Below are positions 39,113 to 49,364 of a stretch of DNA of 64,000 nt, piece after piece. Within the stretch, counting starts at the first letter, position 1. Each line of letters begins with the position of its first letter. The notes beneath the pieces are model-generated. The model saw nothing but the letters and a program-made list of their open reading frames with translations. It was not told the DNA's origin and ran no database searches. Location of the stretch: positions 1,184,001 to 1,248,000 of the forward strand of contig CBDATQ010000001.1 of the NCBI GenBank assembly GCA_965199955.1, given 5' to 3'. Source of the stretch: Spirochaetia bacterium (GTDB lineage Bacteria; Spirochaetota; Spirochaetia; SZUA-6; Bin103). The position numbers and the translations under genes were made by a program.

Positions 39113-40471
39113 ATGAGCGACGGCTGGAAGCAGCGGGTCCGCGACCCCGTGCACGGTCTCATCATGTTCGGAGGCCGCGACCCGCGCGGGAACGAGACGG
39201 ACCGGATCGCGTGGCGCCTGCTCAACACGAAGGAGTTCCAGCGCCTGCGCCGCATCCGCCAGCTCGGCTTCTCGGACACGGTCTATCCGGGGGCGACGCA
39301 CAGCCGCTTCGCGCACAGCATCGGCGTCTACCACATGGCGCGCCGGCTGCTGGACGTGATCGCGCGCGAGCAGGGAGCGAAGCACGACCGCGACCGGGCG
39401 CGGGTGGCGCTGCTGGCTGCGCTGCTGCACGACATCGGTCACGGCCCCTTCAGCCACGCCTTCGAGAGCGCCTCGGACGCGATCGGGCTGCAGCGGCGGC
39501 ACGAGGACTGGGGCGCCGAGATCGTCCGTGGCGACACCGAGATCAACCGCGTGCTGCGCGACGTGGACGAAAGCCTGCCGGAGCGGGTGGGAGCACTGCT
39601 CAGAGAGGAAGAGCCGAAGGACGTCTACGCCGCCGTGGTCTCCAGTCAGTTCGACGCCGACCGGCTGGACTACGTCCAGCGCGACCGGATGATGACCGGG
39701 GTGCAGTTCGGCCACGTCGACTCGGACTGGCTGATCGACTGCCTGGAGGTCGGCTCCGTGACGATCGGAGAGCGGGACTACGTCCCCGTACAGTGCCTGT
39801 ACCTCGGGCCCAAGGGAATCGCGGTGGCCGAGGACTACCTGGAGGCGCGGTTCCGGCTCTACTGGACGGTCTACGTGCACAAGACCACGCGTGCGGCCGA
39901 GAAGATGCTGGAGGCGTTGCTGGAGGCTGCGGCAACCTCGTTGCGCGGCACGGACCTGGCCCGCCGCGATCCGGTCCTGCGTCATCTCACGGCGGAGAAC
40001 CTGTCACTCGACGCCTACCTGCGTCTCGACGACGCGGCGATCTGGGCCGCTCTGGGCGAGTTCGCGGACTGCGGCAACCGGTGGGTCGCGGAGCTCGCCG
40101 GACGGTTGCGCGACCGTCATCTCTACAAGTGCCTGGAGATCGGCTCCTGGGACGAGCGGCAGGGCAACCTGTATCTGCGCTTCCGGCGCGAGCTGGAGGA
40201 GCGCCGCCTCGAGTGGCTCGGCGACCTGCTGTTCGATCAGGCCACTATCACGCCCTACACGTGGTACGACTTCGACGACGACGCGTCGGCTCTCAGCAAG
40301 GTGCTGGTGAAGGTGCGGGCGGACATGGACGAGCCGCGTGACATCGCCGAGGAGTCGCCGATCGTGAAGGCGCTCCATGACCGCCGGCCCGGCCGGGTCC
40401 AGCGCGTCTTCGCTCCGGACGCGGAGAAGCTGGCGACGCTCGACGAGATCCTCCGCCAGGTGAAGGGGTAG
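39113..40471 (+). CDS. HD-domain phosphohydrolase (SAMHD1/dNTPase-like family)
   Basis: RDPVHG, FQRLRRIRQLG, HSRFAHSIGV, LLHDIGHGPFSHAFE, HEDW, DADRLDY, VYVHK. Confidence 0.88.
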   Translation: MSDGWKQRVRDPVHGLIMFGGRDPRGNETDRIAWRLLNTKEFQRLRRIRQLGFSDTVYPGATHSRFAHSIGVYHMARRLLDVIAREQGAKHDRDRARVALLAALLHDIGHGPFSHAFESASDAIGLQRRHEDWGAEIVRGDTEINRVLRDVDESLPERVGALLREEEPKDVYAAVVSSQFDADRLDYVQRDRMMTGVQFGHVDSDWLIDCLEVGSVTIGERDYVPVQCLYLGPKGIAVAEDYLEARFRLYWTVYVHKTTRAAEKMLEALLEAAATSLRGTDLARRDPVLRHLTAENLSLDAYLRLDDAAIWAALGEFADCGNRWVAELAGRLRDRHLYKCLEIGSWDERQGNLYLRFRRELEERRLEWLGDLLFDQATITPYTWYDFDDDASALSKVLVKVRADMDEPRDIAEESPIVKALHDRRPGRVQRVFAPDAEKLATLDEILRQVKG

Positions 40472-40482
40472 GAGCGCTCACC

Positions 40483-41775
40483 TCACGCGAAACGGTCGGG
40501 GCTGAACGGCTGCAGATCGATCGCTGGCTGGCTGCCCGCGATCAAGGCTGCCACCGCCTCGCCCGTTGCGGGCCCCAGCGACAGGCCCAGGGTGCCGTGC
40601 GCGGTGGCCAGAACGACGTTCGCGTGGCCGCGGGGGCGGCCGACGATCGGCAGCGTGTCCGGGGACAGCGGACGCAGTCCGTGCCAGACCTCCGCTCCGG
40701 GGTCGGCGGCATCGAAACGGGCGCCCGGCACGACCCGGCCCGCGCCGTCCAGGATCGCCTGCATGCGCCGCAGGTTGATCGAGCGGTCCAGGCCGGCCAA
40801 CTCAAGCGTCCCGCCAATCCTGACCCCGTGCGGCAGGGGCGTCGCCACCGTCCGGGCATCACCCAGGTTGACCGGCCGGCTCGGCCGCCATGGCGGATTG
40901 GAGAAGGTGACGGAGTACCCCTTGGCGGCCTGCACCGGCAGGCGTAGGCCGAGGCCGGCCGCCACTCGCGGGCTCCAGGAGCCGGCGGCGATCACGATCT
41001 GGCCGGCGGCGATCTCGCCGCGCGAGGTGAGCACCGACGCGCGGCCGCCGCGTCCTTCGGCCGGAACGCGGAGCACGTCGGTCTGCTCCACGATCTGGGT
41101 GCCGGACTCGAGCGCCTGCGCGTGCAGCCAGCGCACGAAGGAGCGCGAGTCGACGTGGGCGTCGCCGGGGTATAGCACGCCGCCGACCACCCGCGGTGAG
41201 AGCGCGGGCTCCATCCGGCGCACCTGTTCGCCGATGAGTTGCTCGAACGGGATGCCGTGCCGGGCAACCCGATGGGACTCTTCGAGGTGGTGCTCTAGTC
41301 GTTCCTCGGTCAGGAACGCGTACAGCACGCCGTCGGCGGCGTAGCCGTAGGGATTGGTGCCGTCCGTGGTCGTGCCTGCCGCGGTGGCGGCGATGCCCGC
41401 GTGCAGCCCGGCGCTGTGCTGCAGGAACTCCGCCATCGCCGCCGTTCCTGCCTCGGTGCGGGCCGGCTTCGACGCCTGCGCGAAGCGCCACAGCCAGCGG
41501 ACCATCTCGGGGCGCCAGGGGCTGCGGATGTGCGGGCTGGTGGGGTCGAACAGCCAGCGCAGACCCTGGGCGACCACGCCCGGCGCCGCGATCGGCACGG
41601 CGTGACTGGGACACACCAGCCCTTGGTTGCCGTAGGAGCAGGCCAGGCGGTCGCCGATGGTGGCTGCATCGACGACCGTCACGCGGGCGCCGGACCGAGC
41701 CAGGTACCAGGCGCAGCTCATGCCGACCACGCCGCCGCCCACGATCAGGACGTCCGGGCTGCGGTCGCCGATCAC
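40483..41775 (-). CDS. FAD-dependent D-amino acid dehydrogenase-like oxidoreductase
   Basis: IVGGGVVG, SYGNQG, AAGSWS, KGYS, GLRPLSPD.LP.VG, HGTLGLSLGPATG. Confidence 0.85.
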   Translation of the reverse strand: MIGDRSPDVLIVGGGVVGMSCAWYLARSGARVTVVDAATIGDRLACSYGNQGLVCPSHAVPIAAPGVVAQGLRWLFDPTSPHIRSPWRPEMVRWLWRFAQASKPARTEAGTAAMAEFLQHSAGLHAGIAATAAGTTTDGTNPYGYAADGVLYAFLTEERLEHHLEESHRVARHGIPFEQLIGEQVRRMEPALSPRVVGGVLYPGDAHVDSRSFVRWLHAQALESGTQIVEQTDVLRVPAEGRGGRASVLTSRGEIAAGQIVIAAGSWSPRVAAGLGLRLPVQAAKGYSVTFSNPPWRPSRPVNLGDARTVATPLPHGVRIGGTLELAGLDRSINLRRMQAILDGAGRVVPGARFDAADPGAEVWHGLRPLSPDTLPIVGRPRGHANVVLATAHGTLGLSLGPATGEAVAALIAGSQPAIDLQPFSPDRFA

Positions 41776-42800
41776 GGCGCCGGTTCCCGGACCGTGCGGC
41801 GCAACTGGCCGCAGGCGGCGTCCACGCGGCGGCCCATCTCCTTGCGCGTGGTCACCGTCACGCCGTGGCCGGCGACGATGGCGGCGAAACGGCGGACCGC
41901 CCCCGCTTCGGGCTCGGCGAAGGGCAGTCCGGGAACCGGGTTGTACGGGATCAAGTTGACCTGCGACCCGCTGCCGGCCAGCAGCCGGCCCAGCGCCCCG
42001 GCATGGTGCGGCTCGGCGTTCCGCCCGGCGATCAGCGTGTACTCGTAGGTGACCCGCCTGCCGGTGGCGGCGAAATAGTCGTCGGCGGCCTCCATCAGCT
42101 CCGCGATCCCGTAGCGCTCGGCGACCGGCACCAGGCTCCGCCGTGTCTCGTCGTCGCTCGCGTGCAGGCTGATCGCCAGCCTCACCGGCAACCCGGTCGT
42201 CGCCAGGTCGCGGATGCGCGGCGCCAGGCCGACGGTGCTGACGGTGAGCCGGCGCGCGCCCAGGGCGATCCCGTCGGGATCGGTCAAGGCGCCGATCGCC
42301 TCGATGAGGCGGGGGAAGTTGGCCAGCGGCTCGCCCATGCCCATGAAGACGACGTTGGTCACCGGCCCGTGCGCGGCGGCGCAGAGCACCTGTGCCACCA
42401 TCTCCCCGGCGCTGAGGTTGCGCGTCACCCCGTCCAGTCCGGACGCGCAGAACGCGCACGCCATGCCGCATCCGACCTGGCTGGAGACGCAGACCGTGTG
42501 GCGGCCGCCGTCGCGGATCGACACCGCTTCGATCAGCTCGTCGTCCAGCGCGCGCAGCAGCAGCTTCACTGTCTGCCCGTCGGGTGTCGGGCGGCGCTGC
42601 TCAACGGTCAGCGGCGTGGCCGGCAGCTCGTCGCCCAGCCGGTCGCGCATGGCCGCCGGCAGGTTGGTCATCTCGCGGTAGTCGAGCACGCCCCGGCGCA
42701 GCAGGTGGGTACGGATCTGCCGAGCGCGGTAGGCGGGTTCGCCCAGGGAGGTGAGGCGCTCCGCGAGCGCGCCCTCGTCCAGATCCAGCGCCGAGGTCAT
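41772..42800 (-). CDS. rlmN: 23S rRNA (adenine-2503-C2)-methyltransferase, radical SAM
   Basis: CVSSQVGCGMACAFCASG, FMGMGEP, STVG, SLHA, NLIPYN, AACGQL. Confidence 0.93.
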   Translation of the reverse strand: MTSALDLDEGALAERLTSLGEPAYRARQIRTHLLRRGVLDYREMTNLPAAMRDRLGDELPATPLTVEQRRPTPDGQTVKLLLRALDDELIEAVSIRDGGRHTVCVSSQVGCGMACAFCASGLDGVTRNLSAGEMVAQVLCAAAHGPVTNVVFMGMGEPLANFPRLIEAIGALTDPDGIALGARRLTVSTVGLAPRIRDLATTGLPVRLAISLHASDDETRRSLVPVAERYGIAELMEAADDYFAATGRRVTYEYTLIAGRNAEPHHAGALGRLLAGSGSQVNLIPYNPVPGLPFAEPEAGAVRRFAAIVAGHGVTVTTRKEMGRRVDAACGQLRRTVREPAP

Positions 42801-42875
42801 GGCTCCCCGAGTATGCACCGCGATGCGAGATTCCGTCCGCGTGCTGGCGTCGCGTCTTGCGGATGAGCGGGGCAT

Positions 42876-42891
42876 GTGCCACATGTAGCAC
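42876..42891. promoter_or_regulatory. Near-palindromic putative antitoxin operator GTGCCACATGTAGCAC
   Basis: Inverted repeat with one mismatched pair, ending 1 bp before the Phd-family ATG; typical of TA autoregulation. Confidence 0.5.
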
Positions 42892-42892
42892 G

Positions 42893-43171
42893 ATGAGTTC
42901 CGTCGGCGTCCGCGAGCTTCGGCAGCGGGCGAGCGATTACCTCCGCCGCGTCGAGCCGGGCGAGACCTTCGAGGTGACCAATCATGGCCGGCCGGTCGCG
43001 ATCCTGAGCCGGATTCCCGACGGTTCACCGCTGCAGCGGCTCCGTTCCGCGGGGGAAGTGATGGAGGCGCAGGGCTCGATGGACGATGCTCCCCCACCCC
43101 TCACGGCCGAACCCGGAGCCGAGCTGCCGTCAGCCCGGCTCGCACGGACCCGTGAAGGCGAGCGATCGTAG
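42893..43171 (+). CDS. Phd/YefM (prevent-host-death) family antitoxin, orphan
   Basis: VGVRELRQRAS..LRRV..GE..EVT.HGRPVA.L. Confidence 0.85.
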   Translation: MSSVGVRELRQRASDYLRRVEPGETFEVTNHGRPVAILSRIPDGSPLQRLRSAGEVMEAQGSMDDAPPPLTAEPGAELPSARLARTREGERS

Positions 43172-43257
43172 CCGCGTCACCACTGCATCGCGTTGCGGGG
43201 CAGGGCGATTCGGCCTATGGTGACCGGAGCCCAGATTTCCATTTCATAGGATTCGCC

Positions 43258-44466
43258 ATGTCCGCTCAGAAAGTGCTCTGCGTCCTGTACGAGGACCCGG
43301 TGGGAGGATTCCCGCCCGACTACGCCCGCAACAGCATTCCCACCCTTCCCCAGTACCCGGACGGCCAGACGCTGCCGACGCCGGCCGGCATCGACTTCAC
43401 GCCCGGCCATCTGCTGGGCTCCGTGTCCGGCGGACTCGGCCTGGGGCCGTTCCTGGCCGAGCGAGGCCACCAGTTCGTGGTGACCTCGGACAAGGACGGA
43501 CCCGACTCGAAGTTCGAGAAGGAGTTGACCGACGCCGACGTGGTGATCTCTCAGCCCTTCTGGCCCGGCTATCTGACCGCCGAGCGGATCGCCAAGGCGC
43601 CCAACCTCAAGCTGGCCATCACCGCCGGCATCGGCTCCGACCACGTCGACCTGCAGTCGGCCATCGATCGGAACATCACCGTCTGCGAGGTGACGTGGTG
43701 CAACAGCATCAGCGTCGCCGAGCACGCGGTCATGCAGATGCTGGCGCTGGTGCGCGACTACATCCCGCAATACGGCTGGGTCGTCCGGGGCGGCTGGAAC
43801 ATCGCCGACGCCATCTCCCGCTCCTATGACATCGAGGGGATGGACGTGGGCGTGGTGGCGGCCGGCCGCATCGGCCTGGCGGTGCTCAAGCGGATGAAGC
43901 CGTTCGATGTCAACCTCCACTACACCGACCGTCACCGCCTGCCGGCGGACGTCGAGCAGGAGCTTGGCGCGACCTACCACGACAGTGTCGAGTCCCTGGT
44001 AGCCGCCTGCGACCTGGTGAGCATCCATTGCCCGCTGCACCCGGAGACCGAGCACATGTTCGACGACGCCCTGATCGCCAAGATGCGCCGCGGCTCGTAC
44101 CTGGTGAACACCGCGCGCGGCAAGATCTGCGACCGCGACGCGATCGTGCGCGCCCTGGAGAGCGGCCAGCTCGCCGGGTACGCCGGCGACGTCTGGTTCC
44201 CGCAGCCGCCGCCCAACGACCACCCGTGGCGTTCGATGCCCAACCACGCGCTGACGCCGCACACGTCCGGCACCTCGCTGTCCGCCCAGGCCCGCTACGC
44301 GGCCGGCGTCCGCGAGATCCTGGAGTGCTGGTTCGACGGCACGCCGATCCGGGACGAATACCTGATCGTGCAGGGCGGCGGACTGGCGGGCACGGGAGCC
44401 CACTCCTACAGCGAGGGCGACGCCACCGGCGGCTCGGAGGAAGCGGCCAAGTTCAAGTCCGGATAG
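43258..44466 (+). CDS. fdh: NAD-dependent formate dehydrogenase (metal-independent)
   Basis: KVLCVLYEDP, LLGSVSG.LGL, SQPFWP, TAGIGSDHVD, AAGRIG, NTARG, GDVWFPQP, PHTSGTSLSAQARYAAG. Confidence 0.95.
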   Translation: MSAQKVLCVLYEDPVGGFPPDYARNSIPTLPQYPDGQTLPTPAGIDFTPGHLLGSVSGGLGLGPFLAERGHQFVVTSDKDGPDSKFEKELTDADVVISQPFWPGYLTAERIAKAPNLKLAITAGIGSDHVDLQSAIDRNITVCEVTWCNSISVAEHAVMQMLALVRDYIPQYGWVVRGGWNIADAISRSYDIEGMDVGVVAAGRIGLAVLKRMKPFDVNLHYTDRHRLPADVEQELGATYHDSVESLVAACDLVSIHCPLHPETEHMFDDALIAKMRRGSYLVNTARGKICDRDAIVRALESGQLAGYAGDVWFPQPPPNDHPWRSMPNHALTPHTSGTSLSAQARYAAGVREILECWFDGTPIRDEYLIVQGGGLAGTGAHSYSEGDATGGSEEAAKFKSG

Positions 44467-44469
44467 ACG

Positions 44470-44660
44470 ACGCCACTCGCCCGGCGACGTACCGACGAAG
44501 TCGACGCTCCTCCCTCCAGGAACTCACCGGCGGCGTGCGCGGGCACGACGAATGTCTCACCGCGATGCGCGGCGAGGAGCGTCCGAGCCCTCGACTCCGA
44601 CCCCGTCTTGGTCCGCCACAAATCGACCAGGAAGGTCGCGGCACCCGAAGAGAGTCGGCC
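44470..44660 (-). pseudogene. Possible PIN/VapC-domain fragment
   Basis: ATFLVDLWR...ARTLLAAH.GETFVVP..AAGEFLEG resembles a VapC N-terminal half; no start codon, first Asp missing. Confidence 0.4.
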
Positions 44661-45425
44661 ACCTCCACGTCGCGCGCGGTGGCCACCCGCTCTTCCTCGC
44701 GCACGGCGGCCGAACGTGCCTGGTTCGCGGCGCGCTCGGCCTCGGACTGCGCCTTGGACCGTTCGGCGACGGCGATGGTGCGGTCCTGGTCGGGCAGCTC
44801 GATGGTCTTCTTCTGCTCGATGCGCGCGGTCTCCACCAGCCGGTCGCGCTCGATCTCGCGGTTGTTGACCGCCTGCTGCATGGAGATGCGCTGCTCTTCG
44901 ACGGTGCGCTCGGCGTCGATGTTGGCGATCTCCACCTGCCGCTTCGCCTGGATCTCGGCTTCCTGCGCGTCGCGGTTCTTGGACGCCTCCTCGATGGCGA
45001 TCTCCGCGGTCTGGTCGGCCTTGCGGACCGCGATCTCGCGCGCCTGGGCGAGCTGCGCGTACTCCTGGTCGCGGGCGACGTCGAGCTTCAGGCGCTCGGC
45101 GCGAGGTTCTTCGTGCGTACCTCCACCTCGGTGTCCTGCTCGAGGTCGTTGCGCGTCTTGCGGCGCGGCTCGATGGCCTCGTCAGGCGCGTGAGACCCTC
45201 CGCGTTCCGGGGGTTGAAGTGCTGGACGCTCGTCTGGTCGAGGCCGGTCAGCGACACCGACTCCAGCTCCAGGCCGTTCTTGAGCAGGTCGTCGGATACC
45301 ATCTGCTGCACGAAGTCGACGCGTTTCTCGTGCAGTTCCTCCATCGCCATCTCGGCGGCGACGGCGCGCAGCGCGTCGACGAACTTGCCCTCCACCAGCA
45401 CCTTGAGCTCATCCGGCCTGCGGGT
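44660..45425 (-). pseudogene. Flotillin/SPFH (YqiK-like) gene remnant, frameshifted and truncated at both ends
   Basis: LVEGKFVDALRAVAAEM.MEELHEKR, DLLKNGLELESVSLTGLDQT, QDRTIAVAERSK..SEA, EE.V.TAR in several frames. Confidence 0.8.
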
Positions 45426-45983
45426 CGTCCGGCTCCACCATGACGTAGTGGGTATGGCCGTGCGCGTCGCGCAGCTTCGCCTGCGCGGCCTCACCCTGCC
45501 GCGCCGTGCCCAGGGTGACGGTCGCGACCAAGCCGACGAACGAGTCCTCCGTCACGGCGTCGGTTCTTCCATCGGGATCACGCGTGAGAGGACGCCGCCG
45601 GCCGCCCGCAGGAGCAGCAGGGAGCCCGCGGAGACGGCCGGCACGGCGATCCACGAGGGCAGGTAGGAGCCGAAGATTGCCTTGACCAGCCCCTGCAGCA
45701 CGATGCCGCCGAGTCCGAAGATCGTCAGGAAGGCGACCAGCAGCATCAGCAGGGGGACCTTCCCCACCTGCAGCCACCCAAGCACCTTCGTGAACGGCCC
45801 AAGGGCGGCCTCCGACACGTCGATCTCGGCGCTCGCGTCGGTGTCGGGCAGAAGGGACTGGAGATGTTCGGAGACGCTCGCGCCGATCAGAGCGCCCACG
45901 CCTTCGACCGCCGCGATCAGCAGCATCACGGCGAGCGACCCCGTGAAGGCGATGTTGCCGGCGTCCAGCAAGGCATCGATCAT
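45425..45983 (-). pseudogene. YqiJ-family (NfeD-like OB-fold membrane protein) gene, frameshifted near 45560 and 3'-truncated
   Basis: LGWLQVGKVPLL.LL..FL..FGL.G; second frame AVTEDSFVG.VA..TLG.A..G..AQAKLRD.HG.THYVMVEPD. Confidence 0.78.
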
Positions 45984-46004
45984 GGGTGTCCACGTTCACA
46001 GCAC

Positions 46005-46040
46005 ACGCAATGAGTACGCCATATACGCAATGAGTACGCC
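46005..46040. repeat. Direct repeat ACGCAATGAGTACGCC x2 (20-bp period) upstream of the yqiJ-like gene
   Basis: 46005-46020 equals 46025-46040. Confidence 0.85.
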
Positions 46041-46072
46041 TTGAAAGCCACTCGTGACGCGCGAAGCGTGCA

Positions 46073-47518
46073 TCACGATGCGGAGGCGGCCTTGAGCTCC
46101 TGGAGGCGCTGCGCCTCGGGATGGTCCTTGTAGAAGGGGTCCAGCGGAAAGCAGCCGGAGATCAGCCCCTTGCGCGGCGCGGTGGTGCAGTCGCTGAACG
46201 TGCGGCAGATGCGCTTGCGGGCGAGCGGCTGGCCGGCCAGCACGTCGTGCGGAAGGTCGGGGTAGGAAAGCATCATGCGGCCGAGGCCGACCGAATCGAC
46301 CTGCCCGCGGCTGACAACCTCGGCCGCGACGGCGGGCAGCCACTCCTGCAGGTAGCTGTAGGCGGACCCCACGAAGGTCAGCGCCGGGAAGCGCCGCTTC
46401 AACTCGCGCACGACGTCGATCTGGCGCGCCACGCCGACCAGCGGATCCTCGGGCGGCTGGTAGCCGTCGGACGGCGGGAACAACGCCGGGCGCTGCAGGT
46501 GCGGCGTGTAGTAGGGGCTGCCGGCGGTGATGTTGACCAGCGGGATTTCGAGCCGCTGCAGCAACTCCAGGAAGGCGAACGTTTCGGTGAGATCCAGCGC
46601 GGTCGGGTCGTCCTGGGAGACGCCGAAGCCCGAACGGTAGGGTAGTGCCACCGACGTCGGCTCCCCCGTTCCGTCGTCTCCCGACGGCTGGAAGGGCACG
46701 GTGTCGAAGGCGCTGAGCCGCACACCGATCAGGAGCCCCGGCGCGCGGCTGCGCAGGCCGGCGACCACCTCGCGCAGGAAGCGCGTGCGGTGCTCGAAGT
46801 CCCCGCCGAACCGGCCGGTGCGATCGCGGCAGCCCAGCAGCTCGTGGCCGAAGTAGCCGTGGCAGTGCTTGACGTCCACGAACTCGTAGCCGGCCTGTTG
46901 GGCGAGCACGCCCGAGGCGATGAAGCGATCGACCAGCGCCTCGATTTCCTCGTCGGTGGCCAGGGGATGGTCGCCGGCGATCCCGAAGCGCTGATCGAGG
47001 ATGGGATGCCGCGCCGGGAGCCACGGCTCGGAACGCGCCTTGTCCGTGGGCTTGCAGAACCGCCCGGAATGGGTGAGCTGCAGGCCGACCAGCAGGTCGT
47101 CGGCGGTGCCGTAGCGCTGCCGGTGCTCGTCGACCAGCGTGCGGCGCAGGCCGACCAGGTCGTCGATGGTGTCCTCGCCGATGCGGAGCTGGTTCGGGTT
47201 GGCGCGGCCGGCGTGCTCGACGGCCACCGCCTCGCATCCCCATACGAGCTTGGCGCCGCTGCGGCCGAAGGCGCGCCAGCGCCGCTCGACCAGGTCCGAG
47301 GGCCTCCCGTCGGCGGTTCCGTCCCATCCCTCCATGGGCTGCACGCAGAAACGATTGCCCACGGTCCGGCCGTCCGGAAGGGTCAGAGGCTGGGACAGCG
47401 GCCCGGCAGTATCGCCCTCGGCGAACGGAAGTTGCTCGGTGATGCCGAGCTGGTCCAGGTGCTCGGCGAAATGCTCCGCGGACTTCAGCGATGCGACGCG
47501 ACGATACTTAGGTGCCAC
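46073..47518 (-). CDS. NADH:flavin oxidoreductase (Old Yellow Enzyme family)
   Basis: [44 protein letters not shown]. Confidence 0.88.
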   Translation of the reverse strand: MAPKYRRVASLKSAEHFAEHLDQLGITEQLPFAEGDTAGPLSQPLTLPDGRTVGNRFCVQPMEGWDGTADGRPSDLVERRWRAFGRSGAKLVWGCEAVAVEHAGRANPNQLRIGEDTIDDLVGLRRTLVDEHRQRYGTADDLLVGLQLTHSGRFCKPTDKARSEPWLPARHPILDQRFGIAGDHPLATDEEIEALVDRFIASGVLAQQAGYEFVDVKHCHGYFGHELLGCRDRTGRFGGDFEHRTRFLREVVAGLRSRAPGLLIGVRLSAFDTVPFQPSGDDGTGEPTSVALPYRSGFGVSQDDPTALDLTETFAFLELLQRLEIPLVNITAGSPYYTPHLQRPALFPPSDGYQPPEDPLVGVARQIDVVRELKRRFPALTFVGSAYSYLQEWLPAVAAEVVSRGQVDSVGLGRMMLSYPDLPHDVLAGQPLARKRICRTFSDCTTAPRKGLISGCFPLDPFYKDHPEAQRLQELKAASAS

Positions 47519-47613
47519 GCCGCCACTCTGACCAGGATCGGCGGACCTCCGCAACGCCAGCGCCGACAGTTGCGGGCGCGGCGATGCGTGCGGCACCCTT
47601 GGCGGGGGTGCAG

Positions 47614-48456
47614 ATGACCGAGGACGAGAGATACCTGTTCGACATCAACGGCTACATCGTCGTCCGCGAAGCGCTGTCGGCGGACGACATCGCGCTGGCC
47701 AACGACGCCATCGACCGACATACGGAAGAGATCCGCGTGCGGCTCGGCGAGCTCTCGCTCTCCGGCGGCTCGGAGGCGCTGAGGGGCAGCACCGGCCGCG
47801 GCGACCTGGACGGCGCGCTGACGTGGGAGGAGCCGTACGGCCGCCCGTTCCGGGACATGCTGGTCAACCGCACGGTCGTGCCCTACCTGGATGAGCTGCT
47901 GGGCACGGGGTTCCGGCTCGACCACAACCTCGGCATCCTGACCATGAGCAAGGGCGCCGAGGGCCACGTGCTGCACGGATCGTCCGGACCCGCTTTCGAC
48001 CGCCACCAGTACTACATCGTGCGCGAAGGCAGGATGCACAACGGACTGACCGTGGTCGCCTACCAGCTCACCGACATCAACCCCGGCGACGGCGGCCTGT
48101 GCGTCGTACCCGGCAGCCACAAGGGCAACTTCCCGTGTCCGGAAGCCATGCGCCACGGCGAGGCGTACGGCGAGTTCGTGAAGCAGATCACCTGCAAGGC
48201 CGGGGACTGCGTGATCTTCACCGAGGCGGTCACCCACGGCACGCTGCCGTGGACGGCCGACCACCCGCGGCGCACGGCGCTTTTCCGGTTCTCGCCCGGC
48301 AACATGGCCTACGTCCCGCACGCGTGGCCGGCGGAGATGCTGGCGATGATGAGCCCCGAACAGCGGCTGGTCATGGAACCGCCCTACCACCCGCGCCTGA
48401 ACCGGCCAGCCCTGCCGTTGGAAGGCGAGCCGGCAGCCGACGGGTCAGCGCGATGA
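47614..48456 (+). CDS. Phytanoyl-CoA dioxygenase (PhyH) family Fe(II)/2OG-dependent protein
   Basis: [15 protein letters not shown]...[20 protein letters not shown]...HG, RR; start may be 47584. Confidence 0.85.
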   Translation: MTEDERYLFDINGYIVVREALSADDIALANDAIDRHTEEIRVRLGELSLSGGSEALRGSTGRGDLDGALTWEEPYGRPFRDMLVNRTVVPYLDELLGTGFRLDHNLGILTMSKGAEGHVLHGSSGPAFDRHQYYIVREGRMHNGLTVVAYQLTDINPGDGGLCVVPGSHKGNFPCPEAMRHGEAYGEFVKQITCKAGDCVIFTEAVTHGTLPWTADHPRRTALFRFSPGNMAYVPHAWPAEMLAMMSPEQRLVMEPPYHPRLNRPALPLEGEPAADGSAR

Positions 48457-49262
48457 GCGAGCAGGCGCGCACCGCGCTGGTCACCGGCGGCAGCCGGGGC
48501 CTGGGCCGCGGCGTGGCGATCGCGCTGGCCGCCGATGGCTTCTCGGTGGCGATCTGCTACCGCAGCGACGAGGCGGCAGCGCGGGAGACGCTCGCGGTCT
48601 GCTGCGGCAAGGCCGAGGAGCGCATGGCGGCAGGCTCGCCGGCAGGGCAGCGGTTCACGGCGCACCGCGCGGACGTGGCCAGCGCCGCCGACCGGCAGCG
48701 GCTGGTCGACGAGGTGCATTCCGAGTACGGCGACATCGACGCGCTGGTCAACAACGCCGGCATCGCGCCGCGGCGGCGCGACGACCTGGTCGAGGCCACC
48801 GAGCAGTCGTTCGACGAGGTGCTGCGGGTGAACCTGACCGGCCCCCACTTCCTGACGCAGGCGGTGGCGCGTCGCTGGCTGGAAACGGAGGCGCGCCCGG
48901 GGTACCCACGCAGCGTCGTGTTCGTGACCTCGATCTCGGCCGAGTACGCCTCCACCGCGCGCGGCGAGTACTGCATCTCCAAGGCCGGCCTGTCGATGTC
49001 GCGCGAGCTGTGGGCGGCTCGGCTCGCCGAGGAGGACATCGCCGTCTACGAGGTGCGCCCCGGCATCATGCGCACCGACATGACCGCGGCGGTGACCGCC
49101 AAGTACGACGCGCTGATCGCGGGCGGCCTGGTCCCGCAGCGGCGTTGGGGCACGGCCGAGGACGTCGGCTCCGCGGTGGCGTCGCTCCTGTCGGGAGCGT
49201 TCCCCTTCTCGCAGGGCACGGTCATCGACGTCGACGGCGGCTTCCGCCTGAAGCGCCTGTAG
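48453..49262 (+). CDS. Short-chain dehydrogenase/reductase (3-ketoacyl-ACP reductase-like)
   Basis: TGGSRGLG, NNAG, YCISK (YxxxK), PG...TDMT, VDGG; ATGA overlap with phyH. Confidence 0.9.
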   Translation: MSEQARTALVTGGSRGLGRGVAIALAADGFSVAICYRSDEAAARETLAVCCGKAEERMAAGSPAGQRFTAHRADVASAADRQRLVDEVHSEYGDIDALVNNAGIAPRRRDDLVEATEQSFDEVLRVNLTGPHFLTQAVARRWLETEARPGYPRSVVFVTSISAEYASTARGEYCISKAGLSMSRELWAARLAEEDIAVYEVRPGIMRTDMTAAVTAKYDALIAGGLVPQRRWGTAEDVGSAVASLLSGAFPFSQGTVIDVDGGFRLKRL

Positions 49263-49364
49263 GGAGCGAGTAAGGCAGCGGAGCCCAGGGTTGCTCCCAG
49301 CTCACGCGGTCCGCGTTGGCGCGGGCACATCGGGGCGTGTGGCTGTCGCTGATACCGTGCTGTG

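Noticed and set aside
42893..44660. Phd antitoxin and PIN fragment as one TA operon split by fdh
   Set aside because: They are on opposite strands and the PIN assignment is weak.
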